DNA of 64,000 nucleotides from Wickerhamiella versatilis (taxonomy: Eukaryota), in NCBI GenBank assembly GCA_030867685.1, contig JAQOWU010000007.1, forward strand, positions 1,674,001 through 1,738,000. The letters are read 5' to 3'. The position numbers and the translations under genes were made by a program. The notes below the pieces were generated by a model. The model made no database searches. It saw only the letters and a program-made list of their open reading frames with translations, and was not told where the DNA came from. Positions 53,011-62,878 of the stretch are shown here, one piece after another. Position 1 is the stretch's first letter; every line of letters starts with the position of its first letter.

Positions 53011-54852
53011 ATGCAGGTTCGCTGGGCGAGCCACTTTTCGCGGAAGCGTAAAGTTCGCCTGAGAGTCCCTGAGAACTGGATTCCTCCCTGGAATAAGTTC
53101 GTGAAAAAAGAAAACCTTGTTCCCCCGCAGCCCAAGTCTTCGAAGGAATCTTCAGAACAGGGCGAGAGACCTGCTGTAGTTATTGACGAGAAAAACTTAA
53201 AAACTGAAGCTGTCGATGTCCCAAAGCAACCAGAAGTGCCGCCACTGGCCAATAATTTGGACCGTGTTTTGTTTTCCCCAGGTATTCACTTTATGAAAGA
53301 TCCTCGGACAAATGTGTATAATTTTGATCCAGAGCTTGAAAAGGTTGTATCGATAAAAGACTTTGATTTTGGCACTATAGCACCCTACGTTCCAAGTGGT
53401 AAAGACAAAAAACTTGCCAAGCTTACCAATGAGAGAGGGAAGAAGTATTTTGGATCCACTTCAAGCCTGACTCCAGTGTTAAACCAATTGCACCATGCTA
53501 TTTCAAACAACAGGCCTCCACAAATTATGGGACTGTCTAAATACTTTCCTGGGCATACAACGAACTTTACGAAGACACAGAGAGCACCCATTTCTATGTT
53601 TCTTCGGAAAATGCCTGACACCAATGTGTGGACCGTGGACCAAGGCACTGTCCCTGGTGAGTCTAATGATTTGATTGTTTCATTGCTGGGTCATGCTCTG
53701 GAGGCAAAGTTGACCACTCCGGCAGATGTGTTTCGATATTATACGAAGGACCAAAGCCATCTACTGGATCAAGAAGACAAAAGTCTTGAGAGTACGTATC
53801 ATTATACCACCTGTGGAAATTTTCTCATGCGATCACAGTTGGACTGTTTTGATCCTCGTCTACCTGGTACTGGCATGTTTGATCTGAAGACTCGGGCTGC
53901 CACAGCAGTGCGCTACGACTTAGATTGGGCCCAGATTAGAGATGGCTCACATTATCAGATTCTCAAGCGAGGTGGCCATTATGAATCTTTTGAACGTGAA
54001 TATTATGAGCTTATAAGAAGTGCAATGTTCAAGTACTCACTTCAAGCTCGAATTGGCCGAATGGATGGAATTTTTATTGCATATCATAACATTCGTCAAA
54101 TTTTCGGATTCGAATATGTGCCACTGCTTGAGATGGACAAGATATTCCACACTGCTCATCTTCTCTCCACCCCCCGCGCACGAGCAGATCCTGAGTTGGA
54201 TGAAAAGATGGCCGAGGCCGCTCCTGTTATCGCAGAGGCAGAATTCAGGCTCTCTCTTGGGGCACTTGAAAGCATTCTGGATCATGTCCTGGAACGACTA
54301 CCACCTTCTTCACTCTATGACCTAGTCTGCCACTGTTCTGCTCCTGGTGAACTCCTTGTTTTTGCAAAACCAATGGAACGCCTCGCACACCCTGATGAAA
54401 CACCAACAGTTGAAGGCTATAGTAGCGCAAGAGATCCCCATACCATAATCCAGCACCATACAGCACATCAATGGCTTCCACCAGATGTTGTGGCTTTCAA
54501 GATTGAATTACGTTCGTTGATCAATGGTAAGCATGTACCTCTGTCTCTTTTCCCTATATTTAGTCCTCAGGACAGTTGGTGTTTAGAGGTTACTCCAAAG
54601 GAGCTGGATGGTACGGAAGCTAAAACAAGACTTAATGAGACTATGGCACAACTGGTTTCACAAACGTATATATCTTCCCCAGTGACCGAAAGACTTGACA
54701 ACGATGAGAAACGGGTTGCGGACTGGCTGGCCCAGCTCCCGGAAGCCTCGAAATTGCAAGCCTTACTCCGAAAATTAGAGGCTAAGGGGGAAAAGTATCT
54801 AAAGTGGGATGCAACGAGAAAGAAAATTTTGCTTAGGCCGCCTACTAAATAG
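53011..54852 (+). CDS. PET127: Mitochondrial RNA 5'-end processing nuclease Pet127
   Basis: LDRVLFSPG, DPRTNVYNF, MRSQLDC.DPRLPGTG.FDLKTRA, KYSLQARIGRMDGIFIAYHN. Confidence 0.95.
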   Translation: MQVRWASHFSRKRKVRLRVPENWIPPWNKFVKKENLVPPQPKSSKESSEQGERPAVVIDEKNLKTEAVDVPKQPEVPPLANNLDRVLFSPGIHFMKDPRTNVYNFDPELEKVVSIKDFDFGTIAPYVPSGKDKKLAKLTNERGKKYFGSTSSLTPVLNQLHHAISNNRPPQIMGLSKYFPGHTTNFTKTQRAPISMFLRKMPDTNVWTVDQGTVPGESNDLIVSLLGHALEAKLTTPADVFRYYTKDQSHLLDQEDKSLESTYHYTTCGNFLMRSQLDCFDPRLPGTGMFDLKTRAATAVRYDLDWAQIRDGSHYQILKRGGHYESFEREYYELIRSAMFKYSLQARIGRMDGIFIAYHNIRQIFGFEYVPLLEMDKIFHTAHLLSTPRARADPELDEKMAEAAPVIAEAEFRLSLGALESILDHVLERLPPSSLYDLVCHCSAPGELLVFAKPMERLAHPDETPTVEGYSSARDPHTIIQHHTAHQWLPPDVVAFKIELRSLINGKHVPLSLFPIFSPQDSWCLEVTPKELDGTEAKTRLNETMAQLVSQTYISSPVTERLDNDEKRVADWLAQLPEASKLQALLRKLEAKGEKYLKWDATRKKILLRPPTK

Positions 54853-54858
54853 TATATA

Positions 54859-57800
54859 TTATACATATGCCTTCGGCACATAGTTACTTACAGAGATCAA
54901 AACCGTGAGGTTTCGGGCAAGCTGCGAAACATGAGACTCAGCAAGCGAATGTGCGGCAGCATCAGCTTTCAACACAGTAATGATTCTCTGCGAATGTCTG
55001 CCCAACAGCGCCTGCGCCTGGGTAAGTGTTTCGCCATTTTCAGGACCCATGGCCACAACAACGGCAGTGACTAGCTGGGTCACAAGAAGGAGAACGTCAT
55101 TCTTATCAGCCAAATGATCCAACACAGAGAAAATGCCGCTGTCTACCAAAAATAGCGCACCTGCTCGTGTGTGTGCTACAACCATTAACAAAGACAGCGT
55201 CACCTTTGCAACGGAGCAGTCATATGCTACGTTCATATTCAGCCCGCTCAGTGACTCTACCAGTAACCGAAGCAGGTTGTATCTCACTAATGCCGTGAAT
55301 ACGAAGTCCTCACCTTCATGTTCTGCCATCGCAGCAAGTGTCTGCAAAAATATAAGAGATACTAAGCGCAAGGATCCATCTTCACCCTCGAAAAGTGCAT
55401 CCCCGCACACTGTCTGTATTAAGCGATCTCCTTGATAATGAATTGCCCGCAGTTTTTCTGTATCTCCAGAGCTACGGAGTATTTGATAGCAAATGACATA
55501 TAAGTCTCGCCGCAGTTGAGGTACATAGGCTGCAGGCTGAATTGACAATAATGCAGCTTTAAAGAGTGAGTGCAGACGATCAGATGGTCCTTTATAGTGC
55601 TCGAGTAGCAAGACAATAAGACCAGCAAGCGGTCTTGCGAATGCAACATCAGCAATTGCATATTCAACAAGTTTTGGTGTCAGAGTCTGAATCGTTTCCA
55701 GTACGAATGTAGAGCTCGTTGTCTGTCCCACGAGGACAGGAACCAATTGACACCAAGCTCGCAGACAACTCAGCTGAGTGGAGCTTAGAGTCTTGAATTT
55801 CATGAAATCCAAGTAGCTGAGAATTGAGCGTCTCCGCAAATCCATTAAAGCCTTCATATAAGCCTGTTCAGCACTCAAATGCGTCTGTTGAGCACAAACA
55901 TGTACTTCTATGCTTAATATAATAAGCAAATCGGCTCTGTGGGTAAAGAAGCTAGCAAGATCATCTGAGTCCGTCTCAGGACTGACGACAGGCTCGTAGG
56001 CCAGAACCTGTAGCAGGAAGTCTGACTTACGCAACATGTCCAATACTAAAGTCTGGGAGGCGCGATCTTGAACTAAGAGCGCAAGTACACGGGTTGTAAG
56101 ACGAGCTGTTACTGCTGCTTCTGCAGGTACCAGGTCAGCACTCATTTCTCCAAGGGATACCTGCAGAAGTTCACAAACAGCAGTCAACAACGATGAGCCA
56201 GTGGCAGCGCCACCCACGCTTTCATCCAAGGCTAAAGAGTCTCTATTGACGCAGAAACCAAGTAAATGATGAGCAGTAGTTAGTGGCTCAGAGCGGCCTA
56301 CACAACTTTCTAGGTCTTCAACCAAGAACTCTAATATGGCTACCCTCACCTTGGAGTAACGGTCCTTGAGCTGCTGAATCCAATCAAAGCGGATACGGCC
56401 AGCTTCCGTGACCGATGACAATATACTCAGTATGCGGGATTGACGTGTCACTGTCGCCCGGAAAAGTGGAGAACGTTGCAACTGTCCTAAGAGTTTGGTA
56501 GAAGCCAAAGCAAGAGTTTCGTGTTGCGTTGACACATATAGAGCCAAATAAGGAACCACCTGTAGATTATACAGCACAAGTTCATCATAGCGGCTTGGCT
56601 TTCCGTTGCGAGGCTCTAAAAGAGCACTTAACAATTTGACTGTTGCGGTTACCAGTTGAACTGCTGGATGGCTATCTGTCAGCTCACTGAGCCGATCAAC
56701 ATCGGTGGCTAGTACTCCAAAGAAAACCTGAGCTACTGGACGTTCGCAACAATCATCAGCAACGTGAGGCAAATCGTCAAGGTGCGCTCGAATTAGTGAT
56801 ACACAAAGCAGTGTCAATTCGGTTGTCGGCGCATAAGGTAAAATTTCCTTTTGAATAAAAGTTACATATTCGTTCAAATGGGGACCTGAACAAGTATTGG
56901 CAAGGACTTGAACAAGCTCAACAAATGATGTCACTTCTTCCACTGTGGAGAGCATTTCGGTAAACCGAGGGCGCAGAGGCAACGAAAGTTCTTCACCAAA
57001 TGCCCATTTATCTAGAGCCGCCCAATCGGTAGGTTTCAATGCTGCTAGTGCACTGAGAACAGCGGAAGTCAGCAATGTTTTTGACTGTAAAAGTTTCCAT
57101 AATACCGGAGCAAATTTCGTCGAAAGAGCTGGATTTTCGGTCTTTTTAGCCACTTCTGTAAGTAGTCCCAGATAGGCACTGAGCACCAATAACGTATCAT
57201 CATCTAAATTTCCAGATTCAGACGATAGCTTCTGAAGATAATAAACGAAAACATCATGCATGCTTTGCCAGGAAAGCACCCATGTCTTCTGTGGGGGCTC
57301 GCTGTTAAGGAATGCATCCGCCTCGGGGCCTGCAAAACTAGAAAGCATCTCTGCGAAAGTTGCAGCCATAAAAGTTGCTTGACACTCAGCACCCCAGGCA
57401 AGAAATCCCAATAGGGAGCTTCCATCTTTCCACCATTGATCCGTCTTGTACACTCGGAATATGGCAGCAACCAGTAAGAAAAACCGCTCGAGGTCCTCGC
57501 CTGGGCCTTCATCAGGAGGTTGTTCACTAGATAACGCAAGATACGTATCCTCTTCATTAAGCCTCATTTCTTTCAAAATATCAGCCAAATTCTCCACGAA
57601 GGCCTGTGTTGTCAAGACAGAAATTTCGAAGATATGTTTGACAAGCATGAAATATATAGAACCATCTAGTTGAGGAACCCTTGAGCGCACAAGATAATCA
57701 TATTTATCAGTAATACCACTAGACTGATTGCCAGCATCCTCAATCAGTGCGAGTAAAAATTCGAGACCACCTTCATCAATTGCTCTACGAACAGCAGGTA

Positions 57801-58665
57801 GACACTTTCCATAAAGTTCGTCACTAGCTGAGACTCCACTCAAATGAACAACTTCCAACGCTGCTCTCCACCAACTAAGTTTCCACTTAGACCGCAAGGT
57901 CTCGTTGGTCATTGTTGGTAGAGCCTCAGAGTGACCGAAGAGAAAACGAGCTAGTGCAGGGAAATAGGAAATCATCTGGGTCGTATACCTTTCAAAAGAA
58001 GCAGCATGATCTAAAACAGGAACAATTGTGTCTAAAGTAGCCCAGTCTGCTACTACAACACCGTAAAACACAGTCCCCAGGAGCGCATGTTCTCGCAGCA
58101 AAAAGTCTTTTTCTAGAGCTATCAAGGCTGATCTGTCAACTCCAGTCAATACACTGCGTTTTGCTTTCTCCGAGAGATCCTCGATAGCCTGCTCAACAGC
58201 TCGAAGTGCCCCAGAAACCTGGCCCACCGGGTCCGGCCCTAAACAGTTCTTCGCGATATCACGAAGGTCATCTAAAGCAAGCAAAAATCTCAGGGTATCG
58301 ATAATATACTGTCTTCTCACGAAAAATAGAGCCACAGCTGCTTCGAGACCAGTAACAGCAAGACGCTTTGCATCATCCGCACTCCAAAACACCAGGTGTG
58401 CAGCTGCCACTTCGTCAATCTGAAGCTCCTCGGATACTTGTGCCGCGGTATCCAAGAACTGTTGATTCAAGCTGTATTGTTCTCCTTCAATTTCAAGTAC
58501 GCGTTTTGAAAGAAGAGAACGAGAGGCGTCGTTACGTGGTGGTACTGCCACTAATTCACTCAAGTCGTCTTTGAGCGGCTCGAGCTTTGAACGGAGTTCT
58601 TCAACATCTGCATCGCTCTCCACAGCTGTTTGGAAGGCCACAAATTTGTCTAGACTCCATCTCAT
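54859..58665 (-). CDS. NUP192: Inner-ring nucleoporin Nup192/Nup205, shortened
   Basis: YSLNQQF....QVSEELQIDE, DILKEMRLNEED, DLERFF, GFLAW, TTAHHLLGF; leucine-rich alpha-solenoid. Start set at ATG 58665 (MRWSL); the longer ORF-track start overlaps RRD1. Confidence 0.85.
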   Translation of the reverse strand: MRWSLDKFVAFQTAVESDADVEELRSKLEPLKDDLSELVAVPPRNDASRSLLSKRVLEIEGEQYSLNQQFLDTAAQVSEELQIDEVAAAHLVFWSADDAKRLAVTGLEAAVALFFVRRQYIIDTLRFLLALDDLRDIAKNCLGPDPVGQVSGALRAVEQAIEDLSEKAKRSVLTGVDRSALIALEKDFLLREHALLGTVFYGVVVADWATLDTIVPVLDHAASFERYTTQMISYFPALARFLFGHSEALPTMTNETLRSKWKLSWWRAALEVVHLSGVSASDELYGKCLPAVRRAIDEGGLEFLLALIEDAGNQSSGITDKYDYLVRSRVPQLDGSIYFMLVKHIFEISVLTTQAFVENLADILKEMRLNEEDTYLALSSEQPPDEGPGEDLERFFLLVAAIFRVYKTDQWWKDGSSLLGFLAWGAECQATFMAATFAEMLSSFAGPEADAFLNSEPPQKTWVLSWQSMHDVFVYYLQKLSSESGNLDDDTLLVLSAYLGLLTEVAKKTENPALSTKFAPVLWKLLQSKTLLTSAVLSALAALKPTDWAALDKWAFGEELSLPLRPRFTEMLSTVEEVTSFVELVQVLANTCSGPHLNEYVTFIQKEILPYAPTTELTLLCVSLIRAHLDDLPHVADDCCERPVAQVFFGVLATDVDRLSELTDSHPAVQLVTATVKLLSALLEPRNGKPSRYDELVLYNLQVVPYLALYVSTQHETLALASTKLLGQLQRSPLFRATVTRQSRILSILSSVTEAGRIRFDWIQQLKDRYSKVRVAILEFLVEDLESCVGRSEPLTTAHHLLGFCVNRDSLALDESVGGAATGSSLLTAVCELLQVSLGEMSADLVPAEAAVTARLTTRVLALLVQDRASQTLVLDMLRKSDFLLQVLAYEPVVSPETDSDDLASFFTHRADLLIILSIEVHVCAQQTHLSAEQAYMKALMDLRRRSILSYLDFMKFKTLSSTQLSCLRAWCQLVPVLVGQTTSSTFVLETIQTLTPKLVEYAIADVAFARPLAGLIVLLLEHYKGPSDRLHSLFKAALLSIQPAAYVPQLRRDLYVICYQILRSSGDTEKLRAIHYQGDRLIQTVCGDALFEGEDGSLRLVSLIFLQTLAAMAEHEGEDFVFTALVRYNLLRLLVESLSGLNMNVAYDCSVAKVTLSLLMVVAHTRAGALFLVDSGIFSVLDHLADKNDVLLLVTQLVTAVVVAMGPENGETLTQAQALLGRHSQRIITVLKADAAAHSLAESHVSQLARNLTVLISVSNYVPKAYV

Positions 58666-58732
58666 GTCCCCCTCTGCCTCTCTGACGTAACGTAATCTCT
58701 GCCTTAGAAGAACAACAACACAGAATGCAACA

Positions 58733-59617
58733 ATGCAACCAGTCAAATTAATCAATGATGGAGCAGACATGGATGCATTTAAAGTCTCAAGTGCACATGA
58801 ATTACTTCGCAAGATCTTGGATTCTCTTGCAGCTTCGGTATCCGGCCTAGAAGTCCCTGGTAACAATGAAACCAGTAGTACTGAAATTGCCGCTATAATC
58901 AAGACTATTTCAAGATGCTCCCAGCTTGTGGATCAGATAGAGCCGAAAAGTGAACCTCAAAGGTTCGGCAATACTTCATTTCGTGAATGGTGGTCGGGTC
59001 TGGAGCCGATTTACGACGATGTCATGGCACCCTTAGGTTTGTCGACAGAACTCAAGCATTATTTTATAAATTCTTTTGGAACGCCGAGCCGCATTGATTA
59101 TGGAACAGGACATGAGCTGAATTTCATGGCATGGTTTGGCGGCTTGTTGCTGACCGACCATGTCAAAAAGACAAAAGGTGAAGATATTCTCCGCGTATTT
59201 TCAAACTACTACGACCTCTGTCGAAAAGTCATCAGGCGTTACAATTTAGAACCAGCAGGTAGTCATGGTGTTTGGGGCCTGGATGATCATTTTCATATTG
59301 TGTACATATTAGGTGCATCCCAATTGACACCAACGTCAATGGATCAGGGCCAGGAAGTCACTCCTGCATCAGTGCTCGATCGCAAGTTTGTGAAAGAGCA
59401 TTCTCGGACGAATTTATATTTTGGCGCTATCAACTTTATTTATGAGGTTAAACGTGGACAGTTTTTCGAGCACTCACCAATCCTGTATGATATAAGTGGC
59501 GTTGCGTCATGGTCAAAAATCAGAACAGGAATGATTAAGATGTATGAGGCTGAGGTGTTTAGCAAGTTCCCTGTAATGCAACATTTTTGGTTTGGCTCAA
59601 TATATAAATTAAAGTGA
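58733..59617 (+). CDS. RRD1: PP2A phosphatase activator (PTPA) Rrd1
   Basis: [63 protein letters not shown]. Confidence 0.88.
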   Translation: MQPVKLINDGADMDAFKVSSAHELLRKILDSLAASVSGLEVPGNNETSSTEIAAIIKTISRCSQLVDQIEPKSEPQRFGNTSFREWWSGLEPIYDDVMAPLGLSTELKHYFINSFGTPSRIDYGTGHELNFMAWFGGLLLTDHVKKTKGEDILRVFSNYYDLCRKVIRRYNLEPAGSHGVWGLDDHFHIVYILGASQLTPTSMDQGQEVTPASVLDRKFVKEHSRTNLYFGAINFIYEVKRGQFFEHSPILYDISGVASWSKIRTGMIKMYEAEVFSKFPVMQHFWFGSIYKLK

Positions 59618-59681
59618 CAATATCAATATTAATTATATCAGCATTAAAAGATTAAGTAATCCGAATCCTCAAAAAACTGTT

Positions 59682-61682
59682 ATGGGAAAAAAACGTAGCA
59701 GTGTGCGTCACGAAAAGCCAACGAAAAAGGTAAGAGTAGTGGATGAGCCGGAACTAATACCAGAAAATTTTTCTGAGGAAGCAGTTGCCCAGGCTGCGGG
59801 TGAGGAACCAAGCAATTCGGAGGAAGATCTGAGTGTTGAAGAATTAGAACGTCGTCTTGCAGCTGAGGGTGCACTGGATGCCGAGGACCTGGGAATTGGT
59901 TCTGATTCTGATTCTGATTCTGATACTCCTGATGAAGCAGAGCCGATGTCTTCGCCTGAGGCATCCTCGGGAGAAGATGAACTTGCGGATTCTGATGATG
60001 CCGAAGCAGCGGACCCCAATTCCTCTGATGCGATAAAAGGTGAAGAGCGTGACTCAGAGCCCTCATCTGAAGCTGAATCTGAAGATCTTGAGGCGCCGAA
60101 GTCTGAAGGAAAGAGTACTGAGGTAAGTGATAAGGTACCGAATGGTAATGGTAAGTCTGACAAAAAACAAGATTTGTCTAAGAAGCAGCCAGCACCCAAG
60201 AAAGAAAAAGTTGAGAACCCTCATGACGCTCGAAGTGAGGAAGAAGATGCAAGACAGGAAACAGTCAAAGCAGATGAACCTACAAAGCCGTTTTCGACAC
60301 TTAAGCTCAGTGAACCAACTAGTAATGCCATAACGAAAATGGGATTTGAGCGTATGACTCCAGTCCAACAGCACACGATTCCACCACTATTGGCTGGACG
60401 GGATGTTCTTGGTGCGGCTAAGACGGGCAGCGGTAAGACACTTGCTTTCCTAATTCCTGGAATTGAGCTTTTATACAGCCTGAAGTTCAAGCCTCGTAAT
60501 GGAACTGGTGTGATTATTATTAGTCCTACGCGTGAGCTGGCACTTCAGATATTTGGTGTAGCGAAAGAACTAATGGAAAATCACACCCAGACGGTTGGCA
60601 TTGTCATCGGTGGCGCAAATAGGCGCCAAGAAGAAGAGAAACTGAATCGTGGTGTCAACCTGCTCATAGCGACACCAGGTCGGTTACTGGATCATCTTCA
60701 GAATTCTCCAGGTTTTGTGTTCAAGAACCTTAAGGCCCTTGTCATTGACGAGGCGGATAGAATCCTGGAAATTGGTTTCGAGGAGGAAATGCGTCAAATC
60801 ATTCGGATTCTTCCAAATGATGGACGACAATCTATGCTGTTTAGCGCAACCCAAACGACAAAGGTGGATGACCTAGCCCGCATGTCTCTGAGAAAGGGGC
60901 CAGTGTATATTAACGTAGATGAGAGCAAGGATACTGCCACTGCTGAGGGTTTAGAACAAGGATATGTTGTATGCGACAGCGATAAACGATTCCTACTCCT
61001 TTTCAGCTTTTTGCGACGATATCACAAGACTAAGAAGATCATCGTGTTCCTGAGTAGTTGTAACAGTGTTAAATACTACGGGGAACTTTTGAACTATATT
61101 GATGTTCCAGTACTAGACTTGCATGGCAAGCAGAAGCAGCAGAAACGTACCAACACTTTTTTCGAGTTCTGTAATGCCAAGACTGGTGTTCTGATTTGCA
61201 CAGATGTTGCTGCTCGTGGGCTAGATATTCCTGCTGTGGACTGGATCATTCAGTTCGACCCACCCGATGATCCTCGTGATTACATTCACAGAGTCGGAAG
61301 AACTGCCCGTGGTGGATCTGGAAAAGGCAGGTCACTTATGTTCTTACTTCCAAGTGAGCTTGCCTTTTTGAGGTATCTAAAGGCTGCTAAGGTGCCATTG
61401 AATGAGTACGCTTTCCCCGCTAACAAGGTTGTCAATGTCCAGCCACAGCTTGAGAAACTGCTATCCTCTAACTACTGGTTGAATCAAAGCGCTCGCGATG
61501 GTTATCGTGCTTATCTCCAGGCCTACGCGTCACACAGCCTTAAAACAGTCTACCAAATTGACCAGTTGGATCTTGTTAAGGTGGCCAAGTCATTCGGGTT
61601 CTCAGTTCCACCAAAGGTCAATATTTCAATCGGGGAAAATTTCAAGGCTTCTCGTAAAGCAAAAAAGCAGCGACGCCACTAA
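59682..61682 (+). CDS. HAS1: DEAD-box rRNA helicase Has1 (DDX18)
   Basis: [53 protein letters not shown]; long acidic N-terminal extension. Confidence 0.97.
   Translation: MGKKRSSVRHEKPTKKVRVVDEPELIPENFSEEAVAQAAGEEPSNSEEDLSVEELERRLAAEGALDAEDLGIGSDSDSDSDTPDEAEPMSSPEASSGEDELADSDDAEAADPNSSDAIKGEERDSEPSSEAESEDLEAPKSEGKSTEVSDKVPNGNGKSDKKQDLSKKQPAPKKEKVENPHDARSEEEDARQETVKADEPTKPFSTLKLSEPTSNAITKMGFERMTPVQQHTIPPLLAGRDVLGAAKTGSGKTLAFLIPGIELLYSLKFKPRNGTGVIIISPTRELALQIFGVAKELMENHTQTVGIVIGGANRRQEEEKLNRGVNLLIATPGRLLDHLQNSPGFVFKNLKALVIDEADRILEIGFEEEMRQIIRILPNDGRQSMLFSATQTTKVDDLARMSLRKGPVYINVDESKDTATAEGLEQGYVVCDSDKRFLLLFSFLRRYHKTKKIIVFLSSCNSVKYYGELLNYIDVPVLDLHGKQKQQKRTNTFFEFCNAKTGVLICTDVAARGLDIPAVDWIIQFDPPDDPRDYIHRVGRTARGGSGKGRSLMFLLPSELAFLRYLKAAKVPLNEYAFPANKVVNVQPQLEKLLSSNYWLNQSARDGYRAYLQAYASHSLKTVYQIDQLDLVKVAKSFGFSVPPKVNISIGENFKASRKAKKQRRH
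59901..59924 (+). repeat. Coding microsatellite (TCTGAT)4 encoding SDSDSDSD
   Basis: Four exact hexamer copies. Confidence 0.9.
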
Positions 61683-61806
61683 ACCCTTTTGTTAGGTGAG
61701 GCGGAGTAAGTTCTCTTGATATTTATGAGAGGCTATCTATGCATATATAAGAAAAAATAAATAATCTACAGAGGTTCCCATATTATATTTTGTTGTAGCT
61801 GTAAAT

Positions 61807-62811
61807 TCAAGGCCCCTCTCCATTATGGTCCGGGTTTGTTTTCTCCGCAGACTCTTCTAATTGAATTTGCTTGAGCGCATAGTCTAGAAAGTTTTGATTG
61901 AACAACGGTTCACGAATTGGTGGCCTGATAGGAATAAACCAGGACCATATCGGGCCCATAACTTCCCTTATATTTGGCCATTTACCTGTGTAAAACATGG
62001 AAGGTTTAGGGAAGGATATATCGGTTTTTGCCGGATTGAATACCCTTCGCTCCCCGTTAATCCACGGCACGTTGACATGTGGCAGACGATTTTCACGTAA
62101 AGCTAAGTGCTCTATAGTAGTATGCCCCGTCAAAGTATATCCGATATGCTGGAAAATAAGAGGAACTACGAATCCAAGTGAAAGGCCGATTAATATATAA
62201 AGTGCAATGATATTACCATTAATGTGTGAGCCGTGCTCATATATAAGCAACGACACAAGCATCAGGGTAAGAATCAAAAATACACACCATGCGAATTGAA
62301 GGAAAAACTTCAGATTTCCTTGACCGATCACAGCAGCGAGCCAAGGACAGAAGTGGTCCATTACGGGGACGCATCGGTCGAGGTGGCCAGTATGATGGGT
62401 ACGAGCTGGTTTTATACGTTGGCAATTAAAACAATAAAGTGCGTATCCCTGCGCATCACAAAGAAAAGCATCGTTAGGCCCACTTCGCTCATAATCATCT
62501 GTAATCGTTCCTGGTCCCCAAATGTGGATTGCTGCCCAAGATATATATAAATGCGCATTAAGCCACGAGAAGAGAACAAGTATAGCAATAGCAGCTCCTC
62601 TATTGCGAGGCTCAATACGACGCCAGACAGCAAGCCATCCAAAAGCGTATATAAAGTATCCATTTACGCCCACCACTATGAGTGCCACTACCCAGGGACA
62701 ATTATTTAGAAAGTCCTCCGCAGAACGGATTCGCTTGGCACGAAGAAAACATTTGACGACATCACGCTTCTGCGATTTGGCCTTTTCAGGCCGCTGCCCT
62801 TCCGCAGACAT
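61807..62811 (-). CDS. PFA5: DHHC-family palmitoyltransferase Pfa5-like (DHFC variant)
   Basis: FLCD..GY..YC..C..IKP.RTHH, CVPVMDHFCPW, KFFLQF, TTIE; four TM segments. Start set at ATG 62811. Confidence 0.8.
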   Translation of the reverse strand: MSAEGQRPEKAKSQKRDVVKCFLRAKRIRSAEDFLNNCPWVVALIVVGVNGYFIYAFGWLAVWRRIEPRNRGAAIAILVLFSWLNAHLYISWAAIHIWGPGTITDDYERSGPNDAFLCDAQGYALYCFNCQRIKPARTHHTGHLDRCVPVMDHFCPWLAAVIGQGNLKFFLQFAWCVFLILTLMLVSLLIYEHGSHINGNIIALYILIGLSLGFVVPLIFQHIGYTLTGHTTIEHLALRENRLPHVNVPWINGERRVFNPAKTDISFPKPSMFYTGKWPNIREVMGPIWSWFIPIRPPIREPLFNQNFLDYALKQIQLEESAEKTNPDHNGEGP

Positions 62812-62878
62812 GTAAACAAGTAGTATAAGAAAGTTATATGACTCAGCAGCCGTAGACCGGTAAAGCACAGGATATACA

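Noticed and set aside
58666-58902. ORF-track N-terminal extension of NUP192 overlapping RRD1 (likewise RIT1 to 3522, SSN3 to 48549, YCF1 to 26256)
   Set aside because: These begin at non-ATG codons, mostly antisense to the neighbouring gene; family homology starts at the downstream ATG.
59730-59763. Intron-like GTAAGA...ACTAAT..CAG in the HAS1 5' region
   Set aside because: Only 34 nt, splicing would shift the frame, and the unspliced frame is open.
62340-62405. DHFC instead of DHHC and missing zinc-binding cysteines in the palmitoyltransferase
   Set aside because: A non-canonical DHxC motif with a degenerate Cys pattern is an established trait of Pfa5 proteins.
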